Part shown: piece after piece, positions 1-8,621 of the stretch
How positions within the stretch are numbered: position 1 is the stretch's first letter
How the letters are laid out: the number at the start of each line of letters is the position of its first letter
Assembly: GCA_016778305.1 (NCBI GenBank)
Contig: JADHPT010000002.1
Span: 94,610 to 158,609 of the forward strand
Reading direction: 5' to 3'
Source: Poseidonia sp.
GTDB taxonomy: Archaea > Thermoplasmatota > Poseidoniia > Poseidoniales > Poseidoniaceae
DNA: 64,000 nt
Translations under genes and position numbers: made by a program
The notes under the pieces: model-generated
Databases searched by the model: none
The model's input: the letters and a program-made list of their open reading frames with translations, nothing else
Told to the model about the DNA's origin: nothing

Positions 1-1
1 G

Positions 2-1360
2 GTTTCTGTCGAAGGGGGCGACGGTTCGGGAAAAGGCGAAGCAGCTCGCATCTTAGGCGAATTATTGAGCGAATTCCCCTTCCCAGATGTTGTGATGACT
101 CACGAGCCGCGAAGACATAGCGAATTAGGCAAACTTGCACTATCCTCGGTAAAACTCGGTAACAAAACACCCCTCGAGGAAGCAGGGCTCTTCGCTGCGG
201 ACCGACTGGACCATTCTCACACCTTCATCCGACCGCTGCTCGCTTCTGGGGCCGTGGTGATCTCTGACCGGAACATTCACTCATCACTGATTTACCAAGG
301 CGTTGTGGGCGATTTGGGTCTTGAAAAGGTTGCCAAAATGAATGCAGCAGCAATGATTCCCGACCTCGTATTCTGGATTGATTGCGATCCTGCTAAAGCC
401 ATGAAACGGATCAAATCTGGCACCTTGAGAATGACCAGCCAAAAGCAGGAATATTTTGAAACCCAAGAAATCCAAACCACGATACGCAAAGGGTTCCATG
501 AGCTCTTTGGCGAGGGCAGTACCGTTCCAACACCGTTCAATCAATGCCATGTCGTTGGACCCATCATGAATGAAGGAGGGCTCGACGAATTGCGCAAGGA
601 ATTACGCGCTGAACTCCGTCGATTCTTCAACCGAAAGCCGGCTCCTCTCAATGTTGACAGAGACGAAGTTGACCGCACCCTACTCAATCGTCTGGTTCAC
701 GACGTCAAGAAACAACAACGACTTCCAGGGGCACCTCAAGAAAAAACGGCGATCCATGTGGGTTGGTTAGGCGGAAAATCTCCTGCACAGTGGATGAAGG
801 ATGCTGAAGAGCATTGGCCGCTTGAATCTGCCCAAGACCATGACGTACCTACCTCTCCAATGGCCCACTCCTGCTGGTCCATCCTCGGGACACTATCGTT
901 GATGGTGGGTTCGAGTGAAGTCCCTCGCTTGCACGCTTCATTAGGGCCCGTTCGGATGGTTACTCAGCGTCATACGCAGCGCCTGGTCAAGTGGCTTCTG
1001 GCAGAACATTGGATTCACAAACAACAAAATCACGTCCCCTTTGCTGATGCCCAATTATTCAAACTTCGAGATGAACGACTCGGCTTCTCACGACTTACAC
1101 TGGCGATGTGGCCGCTTCGCAATGCGCTTGCTTCCTGGCGCAGAGCGAATCCCAACTCACCTTGGAGCGACGCACTACAAGCTATCTTTGCAGTTGAAGA
1201 AGGGAAAGATCTCTCTTCAACACTGCGAAAGGCGGTGCATGACATCAATCAGCGTTTGTCAATTCTCACAAGTGGGCACGAAGGATGTCCACTGCCTCAA
1301 ACTGCGGCCGAATTAATCGTTTGGTGGTCAATGCCACCGCCTGCTCATTCTGCTTCTTGA
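2..1360 (+). CDS. tmk: thymidylate kinase, 5'-truncated by the window edge, fused to a ~230-aa uncharacterised C-terminal region
   Basis: Frame 2 is open from nt 2. Nt 2-64 translate to VSVEGGDGSGKGEAARILGELL, the dTMP-kinase P-loop. Downstream AADRLDH and VISDRNIHSSLIYQG match the DR(Y/H) and AYQG-type motifs. The kinase core ends near aa ~200 and the rest has no motif I recognise. Confidence 0.8.
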   Translation, partial: VSVEGGDGSGKGEAARILGELLSEFPFPDVVMTHEPRRHSELGKLALSSVKLGNKTPLEEAGLFAADRLDHSHTFIRPLLASGAVVISDRNIHSSLIYQGVVGDLGLEKVAKMNAAAMIPDLVFWIDCDPAKAMKRIKSGTLRMTSQKQEYFETQEIQTTIRKGFHELFGEGSTVPTPFNQCHVVGPIMNEGGLDELRKELRAELRRFFNRKPAPLNVDRDEVDRTLLNRLVHDVKKQQRLPGAPQEKTAIHVGWLGGKSPAQWMKDAEEHWPLESAQDHDVPTSPMAHSCWSILGTLSLMVGSSEVPRLHASLGPVRMVTQRHTQRLVKWLLAEHWIHKQQNHVPFADAQLFKLRDERLGFSRLTLAMWPLRNALASWRRANPNSPWSDALQAIFAVEEGKDLSSTLRKAVHDINQRLSILTSGHEGCPLPQTAAELIVWWSMPPPAHSAS

Positions 1361-2109
1361 GTGGATGCGGTGCTGGCCAAAACAAATTTTGCATCTCCTG
1401 GGAGAAGCACGGTTCCTGCTCCAACAAATGCGTCAGCTCGTGCAGCAAACATACTGCACATTAGGATTCCGAGGCCAAATCCAAACGGCAGGCCAGTTAT
1501 GATTCGCTTGAGGTTATTTGATTCATAGTTGGTCAGCAATTGTAGAAAGCCATCAAAGATAAGCGGTAGACAAAGAACGAGTCCACATCCAAGCCAGAGG
1601 AGCGTCCTTCGGTTATTCTTGTACGTGGATTGTAGCATGGATTCAGGAAGGACCGAGAGGCAGGTGTCACGGACAGTCCAACGATTCCAGCCTCGTTGGG
1701 TGAACATGACTCCAGCAAAAAGCATCCCTGCAAAAATCCCCAAATCTCGCGTGCAGACTGGAAGTTGATTGTCGTTTAATTCCCAAGAGCGCTCGTGCTT
1801 TTGATGGCAGTTTAGATCACCGAATGCATAAGCAAAGGCGGCATAGGGATTCATTTCACTCCAGTGATATCCTTGGTGAAGATGGTCACCATCTGGATGT
1901 TGAGCGATGTTTTCGTTACCTGAAGAGCCCCAACCTTCACCATCATAGAAATCCAAGGCATTCGCCCGGCCTTCAGCATTGGTTACTGTTCCAGGTTCAA
2001 GCGTCATGGGCGCGAGGAAAAAGGAAAGGAAAATGAAACCACAAATGCCAAGAATCCACCGACCTATCTTTTTTTCAGTGTCTCGATGTGCGAGGCCGTT
2101 TCGCTCCAT
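1345..2109 (-). CDS. DUF2085-like integral membrane protein
   Basis: ATG at 2109. Several hydrophobic helices are present. GDLNCHQKHERSW...PVCTRDLGIFAG resembles the CHQxxxRS...CxRxxGI signature I associate with DUF2085. The gene overlaps convergent tmk by 16 nt. Confidence 0.7.
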   Translation of the reverse strand: MERNGLAHRDTEKKIGRWILGICGFIFLSFFLAPMTLEPGTVTNAEGRANALDFYDGEGWGSSGNENIAQHPDGDHLHQGYHWSEMNPYAAFAYAFGDLNCHQKHERSWELNDNQLPVCTRDLGIFAGMLFAGVMFTQRGWNRWTVRDTCLSVLPESMLQSTYKNNRRTLLWLGCGLVLCLPLIFDGFLQLLTNYESNNLKRIITGLPFGFGLGILMCSMFAARADAFVGAGTVLLPGDAKFVLASTASTQEAE

Positions 2110-2191
2110 GTTTTCGCTAATGAGCGGAACCTTATCACTTATTCTCTCGCAGAGAGCAAGTCTTCAATGGTCAGCCGACCTACCGGCTTGC

Positions 2192-2824
2192 ATGGCCGAG
2201 CCCCTCACTCCGAGAATTGGGCTGCTCACCGGTCTTCAGGCTGGCGCTTTTATCGGCCTCTTCCTCGGGTTTTCACTCGCTGTCGTCTCCGCCTTAACCA
2301 ATCCAGATGCACTAAAACGCCTGGTACAATTAATGTGCATCACACCGCTTGCTTGTGCCGTTCTTTTAGGACCTCTTCTCGGACTTCGCCGCGCCCCGAT
2401 GTTCAGTACTGAAGACCCTCTAGGCGAGGTGAGGCAGTCGCTTGATACGTTCAGCGAAGGTCAAGGTCGTTGGCGCACTTTGAGTCACGTCCGCAGCGAT
2501 GGAAGAACCGTACGCATTGATTTGCATAATTCTAAACAACCCTTAGCGATCGTCGCTGCGAGCATCGAGATGACCGACCGCTTTCCAATCCGATACATCG
2601 TGGGACGTGGAGAGTCAAGAAGCCGTGAGCCAATGCTGCGTGGACAAGTGCTTGCATTCATCGAACAACGTGTGGATTTGAACAGGAGACGCCGGACCTC
2701 ATCCTCAATTGAAGTCATGCCTGCATCCATTATTGAGCACATGGAAGCCACCCACCACATGCACCGCCGTCTCTTCTATCTCTTGCCGATCATCCTCTTC
2801 TTCGCATGGCTAGAAATGCGCTGA
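2192..2824 (+). CDS. hypothetical membrane protein
   Basis: The ORF spans 1979..2824, but its 5' part overlaps the DUF2085 gene on the other strand, so I prefer the first non-overlapping ATG (2192, MAEPLTPRIG). ATGs at 2108 and 2120 are alternatives. Hydrophobic segments occur at the N-terminus (GLLTGLQAGAFIGLFLGFSLAVV, ITPLACAVLLGPLLGL) and C-terminus (LFYLLPIILFFAWL). No family recognised. Confidence 0.5.
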   Translation: MAEPLTPRIGLLTGLQAGAFIGLFLGFSLAVVSALTNPDALKRLVQLMCITPLACAVLLGPLLGLRRAPMFSTEDPLGEVRQSLDTFSEGQGRWRTLSHVRSDGRTVRIDLHNSKQPLAIVAASIEMTDRFPIRYIVGRGESRSREPMLRGQVLAFIEQRVDLNRRRRTSSSIEVMPASIIEHMEATHHMHRRLFYLLPIILFFAWLEMR

Positions 2825-2867
2825 TAACCGCGCAAGAGGCTATGAGGGAGCGCTACTTCCCTCGTTC

Positions 2868-3860
2868 ATGGCCAACGACATTGGACGTGCAATGGCTCGA
2901 TTAAAGCATCGAGACGTACGTACCCGCAGGCGAGCCGTGCGAACCTTGTTTGAACAAGATGACCCCAATACATTGGAGGCCTTTGAGTCCCTTTTGGACG
3001 ATGAAGATCCCTGGTTTGTTTCAAAGGCCCTTGAAGCATACCGCATGTGGAGTCTATCCCAAGGAGCGGATTCCGTTCGAACATTGCTCAACCATGCCTC
3101 TACCGATGTGCGAAGGGTCGGAGCGAATCTCTTGGCGTCTCACGGAGAGGACGGTGCTATCATCGCCCTCTCATGCCTGGATGATTCGGATGGCGTGGTT
3201 CAGAAGAAGGCTGCTCAAGCCCTTCTCCTTCATCCATCAAAGCAAGGACTTGAGGCATTACTCGCTCACCACCAAGAAAGCATCATCTGCCTTGGTATGC
3301 GCCATCCTAACCTTGATGTTGAACAGGTTAAACAAGGACTTCGTCACGTTTCAAAAATGGTCAGAAAGGCTGCGCTATCGGCCGTATTTGAACATAACTT
3401 CTCCATCGATTTTGAATCATTAAGGACATTTTTTGATGAAGACATTGAGGCAGTGAATATTGTGATTTGGATTGCTCAACAAAGGCCTGAACTATTGGAC
3501 AGCTTCACGCAACAAATCAAACCTCATCACGTTCGAGAGTTAGCAACATACCTTCGAAAGAATGCACAGGACTCCAAAGACCCCTTGGTTGCGTCGCTTG
3601 TGGAAGGAGGCATCTTGTCCCCCATCGCTCGCTGGCTCTTGGTTCAAGGCCCACAAGAAGATGCGTTGAGGTGGGCCATGATTCGAGATCAGCGTTTGGA
3701 CATTATTGAGAGGTCGAAGTTGCTTGAACGACTGATTGGACGCGCCGGTGACGCCAATGTGCAGGAACAAGTTGAGCGATTCATGCAATCCAGCCCTCCG
3801 CCATTGCTTCGCGTGGCGTGCGAGAACCTATCAACCGCCGCAACTGAACTTCGTTCATGA
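2868..3860 (+). CDS. HEAT/PBS-lyase-type repeat protein
   Basis: ATG at 2868. The protein has recurrent helix pairs with xxVRxxAxxxL cores (RDVRTRRRAVRTLF, STDVRRVGANLLA, SDGVVQKKAAQALL, SKMVRKAALSAVF). Its stop overlaps the next start (ATGA at 3857-3860). Confidence 0.75.
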   Translation: MANDIGRAMARLKHRDVRTRRRAVRTLFEQDDPNTLEAFESLLDDEDPWFVSKALEAYRMWSLSQGADSVRTLLNHASTDVRRVGANLLASHGEDGAIIALSCLDDSDGVVQKKAAQALLLHPSKQGLEALLAHHQESIICLGMRHPNLDVEQVKQGLRHVSKMVRKAALSAVFEHNFSIDFESLRTFFDEDIEAVNIVIWIAQQRPELLDSFTQQIKPHHVRELATYLRKNAQDSKDPLVASLVEGGILSPIARWLLVQGPQEDALRWAMIRDQRLDIIERSKLLERLIGRAGDANVQEQVERFMQSSPPPLLRVACENLSTAATELRS

Positions 3861-5671
3861 GCACCATACATTCGGGTCTCGTCTTCACCGCTGATGCAAC
3901 AAATGGACAGATGCATCACTTGAGCACGGGCGTTCGCATTGAAGGGCCTTTCACCTCCACACGCCTTGTTCTTCGATTTCCACGCTGGGTGCCCGGATCC
4001 TACTTCTTGAGAGAACCGATTCAGCACATGTTTGATTTTGGTGTTATCGACCAACATGAAAAAGAACTTACTTGGAAACGAATCGACGTCGATGGAATTG
4101 CAGTGAATGTCCCCAAATCAGTTACCTCGTTGAACATCACTTACACGCTCTTTGCCAAGGAATTATCTGTTCGTTCAAATCACTTAGACTCGACCCATCT
4201 GCACCTCATGCCACCGTTTACATGGTTCCTTCCCGTGCAAGGTATTGATTTGCAGCGCCTTAATCAAACCCATCAAGTCGAGATTACTGCGCCTGAATCA
4301 TGGACTCCAGCAACCCAGTTAGAAGCTGTTGGAACTATCAAGAATGGTGATGCAAGGCTCTGGAAATTTACCACTCCCGACCGAGATTATTTGCTTGACA
4401 GCATCATTGAGGTGAACCCGAATGAAGCAATTCAAACCGTTGTGAATGGACGAGTTCACAACTTGAAATGGTGGGACAGTGGAGGGCATGTTCCCAATCA
4501 GGAGCGACTTCAAACCTTCGTGGAAGATACGGAGAAAATCATCAAGGAACACTTTGCCTTGTTTGGTACCCCCGATTGGCCCGATTACACCACTGTTTTG
4601 CACCTTACCGAGAAGGCTCGAGGTGGGCTTGAACACATGAATTCACAAACCTCAATGATGCCCAGGCAATGTCTCTTCCCTCATCATGAAGACGAATACA
4701 GGGATCTTGTGAGTCTCTTCTCACACGAATATCTTCATCAGTGGAATGTAAAACGACTGCGACCCAAAAACTTCCTTGATTATGATCTGCAAAAGGAAAC
4801 TCATACGGACTTACTTTGGTGGTTTGAGGGAGGCACATCGTGGCTGGGCGACATGCTATGCGTGCGTTCTGGAGCGTGGACTGAGGAAGATTGGCGGAAG
4901 GATTTCGCTCGTAAAATGAAACGCCACATGCATGCCAACGGCATGAGCAGAGAATCCTTAGCAGAATCAAGTCATGATGCTTGGATTCACCTCTATAGAA
5001 GTGGCCCTTACACTCGTGAAAGTCAAATATCATACTATCTTGAAGGGGAATTGGCCCTCATGTGCCTTGACGTTGAATTACGTCGACGCAGCAAGGGGGA
5101 ATTTGGTGCCTGCAACCTCATCGCAGAAGTATGTCGGCGCTTCTCATTGGGTGCAGATTCACCCGACGGCGTAGGTGTGGATTATACAACGATTCGCGAA
5201 ACACTCAAACAAGTCCCAGGTGGCAAATCAATGGGGCCTTATCTTGACCGATTGGTCAAGCATCGGCATGCTCCCAATATCCTTCATGCGTTGAAGTATT
5301 TCCGTCTTCAATTGGCTCCTGATACCAAGGATACTGAAGAAAAGGCATGGTTGGGAATCAATACCCGAGACCAAAACGGTAGCGTCCAAATCACCACCTA
5401 CCACTCACAGTCACCACTGCGTGAACTCACCGAGGTTGGTGATGAACTTCTTGCTATTGACAGTGTGAGAATCAGGTCATCAGCGGACTTACAACGATTG
5501 CTGAAGGGAAGAATTGATGATTCTGTGACGCTTGAGATGACTCACGAAGGAATTCTTAGAGAGGTCACCCTGCGATTGCCATCCTCGCCCCGCCACGGCG
5601 TCATGCTCAAGGGAAAGGGCAATGCACGATGGGCCGAGTGGATCAAGACCCGTCAAGCGACGGAAGAGTGA
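3857..5671 (+). CDS. M61-family metallopeptidase (glycyl aminopeptidase-like) with C-terminal PDZ-like domain
   Basis: FSHEYLHQWNVKRLRP contains HExxH and matches the M61 signature. The C-terminal LLAIDSVRIRSSADLQRLLKG...VTLEMTHEG segment looks PDZ-like. Confidence 0.85.
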   Translation: MSTIHSGLVFTADATNGQMHHLSTGVRIEGPFTSTRLVLRFPRWVPGSYFLREPIQHMFDFGVIDQHEKELTWKRIDVDGIAVNVPKSVTSLNITYTLFAKELSVRSNHLDSTHLHLMPPFTWFLPVQGIDLQRLNQTHQVEITAPESWTPATQLEAVGTIKNGDARLWKFTTPDRDYLLDSIIEVNPNEAIQTVVNGRVHNLKWWDSGGHVPNQERLQTFVEDTEKIIKEHFALFGTPDWPDYTTVLHLTEKARGGLEHMNSQTSMMPRQCLFPHHEDEYRDLVSLFSHEYLHQWNVKRLRPKNFLDYDLQKETHTDLLWWFEGGTSWLGDMLCVRSGAWTEEDWRKDFARKMKRHMHANGMSRESLAESSHDAWIHLYRSGPYTRESQISYYLEGELALMCLDVELRRRSKGEFGACNLIAEVCRRFSLGADSPDGVGVDYTTIRETLKQVPGGKSMGPYLDRLVKHRHAPNILHALKYFRLQLAPDTKDTEEKAWLGINTRDQNGSVQITTYHSQSPLRELTEVGDELLAIDSVRIRSSADLQRLLKGRIDDSVTLEMTHEGILREVTLRLPSSPRHGVMLKGKGNARWAEWIKTRQATEE

Positions 5672-6104
5672 GTAATTCTTCGAGAGAAATGAAAATCGGT
5701 GGGGTATTATCTGCCATCGTGTGACGACTGGTCTTGGGCGGAAACAAATCATTGGAAAGACTCATTTCAATAACGTCCTCCTTGGTTAATTGGTCGCGTC
5801 CACATCCCGGCCAAACACCAACTGAAATCGAATCGTTATGCAAGTAGTCAACACAAATCGCTGGGACACACTTGAGGTCGAGGATCTTTGCGATAGAAAA
5901 GCGGTGATGTCCGTCTAAGATTGCCCCCGTACGCTGGTCAACAATGAGTGGTTTGGTGTAGCCGCCCCAACGCTGCGTCATGTCAAGCAATTTATCTCGA
6001 TTACGAGATTTGACCTCTTCGTGGGGTTTGAGCCATGACACAGGGACAAGTTCGACATCGTCTTCTGACCATTCCATAGAGGGGGGGCAGCGGTATTGTG
6101 CCAT
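5643..6104 (-). CDS. ParB/sulfiredoxin-fold domain protein
   Basis: ATG at 6104. WLKPHEEV...PLIVDQRTGAILDGHHRFSIAKIL is the ParB-like N-terminal domain core (hhhDGxHR). The 3' end overlaps the convergent M61 gene by 29 nt. Confidence 0.65.
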   Translation of the reverse strand: MAQYRCPPSMEWSEDDVELVPVSWLKPHEEVKSRNRDKLLDMTQRWGGYTKPLIVDQRTGAILDGHHRFSIAKILDLKCVPAICVDYLHNDSISVGVWPGCGRDQLTKEDVIEMSLSNDLFPPKTSRHTMADNTPPIFISLEELLTLPSLDGS

Positions 6105-6150
6105 AATGCTTTTTCAACCAAAGCGATACATCTCAACGAGAGGAGAGCGC

Positions 6151-7515
6151 ATGGAGTTACCCAAACCGTTACGCTCGGCCAACGAAGCAGACTTGGTTGG
6201 TGAGCCCTGCCCACCGAATCTTTTGCGTTGGTTGGCTACACTCCCCGTGAGAGTTATCGAAATCCTCGATCGACTCGCTGAACACGGTCATGGAGCATGG
6301 CTCGTAGGTGGTTGCGTGCGTGATGCTTGGTTCGGTGATGAGGTCGGCGATATTGACATCTGCAGCACCTGCCCTCCCGAAGAGATGTTGACCCTCTTTG
6401 GAAGTGATGCTATTCCAACTGGCGTAGAATTTGGAACCGTGACGATCAAAGGCGATGGTGAACACTTCGAAGTCACCACGCTTCGAACTGAATCGCAATA
6501 TCGTGATGGCCGACGTCCCGAACATGTTGAATGGGGTACGTCACTTGAAGAGGACCTCTCTCGACGAGATTTCACCATCAACAGTATGGCTGTTGATGTT
6601 GCTCGAGGATTGCTTTACGATCCTTTCGAAGGAAAGGCCGATATGGAAGCCAACGTCATAAGGGCCGTAGGAAACGCCCACCTCCGTTGCGAAGAAGACG
6701 CATTGAGAATTCTACGAGCCTATCGCTTTCTTGAGCGGGGTACAGGTCAACCTTGGCGCATGGACCTTGACTTGAAAGAGGCCATTCAACTTCATAGCAA
6801 ACGCCTCGAGATGGTGGCTGTGGAACGTCGTTGGAATGAAGTGAAAAAAATCCTGATGAAACCAGGGGCAGGGAATATTCTCAACAACATGATGCAAGAT
6901 GGCGTTTTAAGATACATTTTTCCTAACTGCCAATTCATCAGCCCCAAGATTTTTCATGCAATGGACCGCGATGAGTTGAAGGAAACATCAGTCCCTCAGC
7001 TCCTCTCTTTTCTTCTCGTTGAGTACAAACCAAAAGAAGTATTTGAAGCAATGAAGTTCCTGAAGACCTCCAAGGAGACGATGAAGAATACGAGCCGTTT
7101 CCACGAACGGCTGAGCCATCTTCCCAAACCGATGACGGGTGAGCTGCGGGTGTTCCGGCACTGCCTAGGACAGGATGCCTTCCCTCACCTGACGTTTCGC
7201 AAATTATTGGCTGATATCGAGGTCACCATTCATGGATTGCCCCAAATGAATCTTGAAGATATCGACAATGTAATTGCAATGTGGGGGGCACTCCAGCCCG
7301 CAATGTCTCCTTCTGAATGCCTGGTTGACGGGCATTGGATTATGTCCAGAAGCGGCGTTGGTCAAGGTATTCGATTGGGACGGTTGAAAGATTGGCTTCA
7401 CCGAATCCAAATTGAAAAAGACATCGATGACCGTTTGAAACTTGAACATGAATTATCACTACTTCCCTTCGGTCACGGCGACCATGAGAACTGGCCAAGG
7501 TTGCAATTCCCATGA
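6151..7515 (+). CDS. cca: class II (bacterial-type) tRNA nucleotidyltransferase / CCA-adding enzyme family protein
   Basis: WLVGGCVRDAWFGDEVGDIDI (GGxVRD...DxD) and EDLSRRDFTINSMAVD (RRDFTIN) are the class II nucleotidyltransferase head motifs. The ORF opens at 5980, but that part overlaps the ParB-like gene. ATG 6151 is preceded by AGGAGAG (6141-6147). ATG 6106 is an alternative. Confidence 0.85.
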   Translation: MELPKPLRSANEADLVGEPCPPNLLRWLATLPVRVIEILDRLAEHGHGAWLVGGCVRDAWFGDEVGDIDICSTCPPEEMLTLFGSDAIPTGVEFGTVTIKGDGEHFEVTTLRTESQYRDGRRPEHVEWGTSLEEDLSRRDFTINSMAVDVARGLLYDPFEGKADMEANVIRAVGNAHLRCEEDALRILRAYRFLERGTGQPWRMDLDLKEAIQLHSKRLEMVAVERRWNEVKKILMKPGAGNILNNMMQDGVLRYIFPNCQFISPKIFHAMDRDELKETSVPQLLSFLLVEYKPKEVFEAMKFLKTSKETMKNTSRFHERLSHLPKPMTGELRVFRHCLGQDAFPHLTFRKLLADIEVTIHGLPQMNLEDIDNVIAMWGALQPAMSPSECLVDGHWIMSRSGVGQGIRLGRLKDWLHRIQIEKDIDDRLKLEHELSLLPFGHGDHENWPRLQFP

Positions 7516-7562
7516 ACCCATGACGGCATCAAATTGATGTGAGCGTTTGTACTGGACTTACC

Positions 7563-8618
7563 ATGAGCGGAAGCATCCTACTCCCTGAACAAGAAGTTTT
7601 CAACGCACGCGTCAGTGAGATTCAATCACGTATTGAAGTCATTAGCGGGCAAAATAGAATGGCAAAACTTCTCAACGATAATTTTCGTAATTGGCTCGCA
7701 AGTTCATCCATGTCACCGCTGAATCTTACCTTGGAGATGGACAACGACAGGAACGGCTTCATCTCTGGAGATGAATTTGCTGGATTGCTTTCGAAAATGA
7801 CCGGTGAACGCCCCCCTGAATGGGTTGTTGAGTTGGTCTTTTCGTTCGTTCAGGCCAAGCCTGAAACTGGAATTCCTCTCGCTGATTGGATGGCATTCAT
7901 GGCTGCAAATGGATTGGATGTACCCGAACATTTGTTTGAGGAGAAAGTGGAGATTACGGGAAGTATTCACGCAACGGCTGAAGAATTTGTCGTCGATGAT
8001 AAAATCACCGTGACCGTTGCGTTTTCAAGCGACGTGGAGGGATATACAATCAAGGCAACAGAAACCAATAGCGGTCAGGTTGAAGAATTCTTCACACCTT
8101 TGGCAGAGATGAATTCAGCGACCGAAGACCAATTCGTGCTCGAACCCGATGAAACGGGCCTCTATCAGATAGAACTTATTCATCTGGGCGTTCGCCTCGG
8201 CATGGTCAATTTGAACATTGTTCAGCCGGTAAAAGAAGTAGTTGAACCTGAAGTTGTAGCGGTTTCTGAGCCCGAGGAAGAACCCCCTGAAGAGACTGTT
8301 GTCGTTGAAGAGGGCCTGGCTGGCTTCATCACTGAACTCAACAACACCAAACTCAAAAGTGAAGCTCGTGTCATAATTGAGAAGAGTTCGGCTTACAGGA
8401 TTGACGGGCTCATCAAGTCTAGGTCCACTACACTCCTTGGAGGTGGTGCCTACAGAAACGGAACTACCCTTTCATGTGACATTGGAGACGGCTTCGTTTT
8501 GGACGTGATGATGAAACACGGCGAGCGCGTGTTTCAATCGGGACAGTTCGCTTCAATCCAGGCTATGCCTCATGATTGGTCCGTAGCAACCCGTAGGCTC
8601 ATCTGTAGAGAACTCTAG
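7563..8618 (+). CDS. acidic EF-hand-containing hypothetical protein
   Basis: A canonical 12-residue EF-hand loop, DNDRNGFISGDE, lies at nt 7740-7775 (Asp/Asn at positions 1, 3 and 5, Gly at 6, Ile at 8, Glu at 12). An acidic linker VKEVVEPEVVAVSEPEEEPPEETVVVEE is present. GTG 7539 is an alternative start; I used the first ATG at 7563. Confidence 0.6.
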   Translation: MSGSILLPEQEVFNARVSEIQSRIEVISGQNRMAKLLNDNFRNWLASSSMSPLNLTLEMDNDRNGFISGDEFAGLLSKMTGERPPEWVVELVFSFVQAKPETGIPLADWMAFMAANGLDVPEHLFEEKVEITGSIHATAEEFVVDDKITVTVAFSSDVEGYTIKATETNSGQVEEFFTPLAEMNSATEDQFVLEPDETGLYQIELIHLGVRLGMVNLNIVQPVKEVVEPEVVAVSEPEEEPPEETVVVEEGLAGFITELNNTKLKSEARVIIEKSSAYRIDGLIKSRSTTLLGGGAYRNGTTLSCDIGDGFVLDVMMKHGERVFQSGQFASIQAMPHDWSVATRRLICREL

Positions 8619-8621
8619 TGA

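Noticed and set aside
1979-2191. An N-terminal extension of the 281-aa ORF (MVTVPGSSVMGARKKERKMK…).
   Set aside because: It overlaps the well-supported DUF2085 gene on the opposite strand and is basic low-complexity. I therefore preferred the first non-overlapping ATG at 2192.
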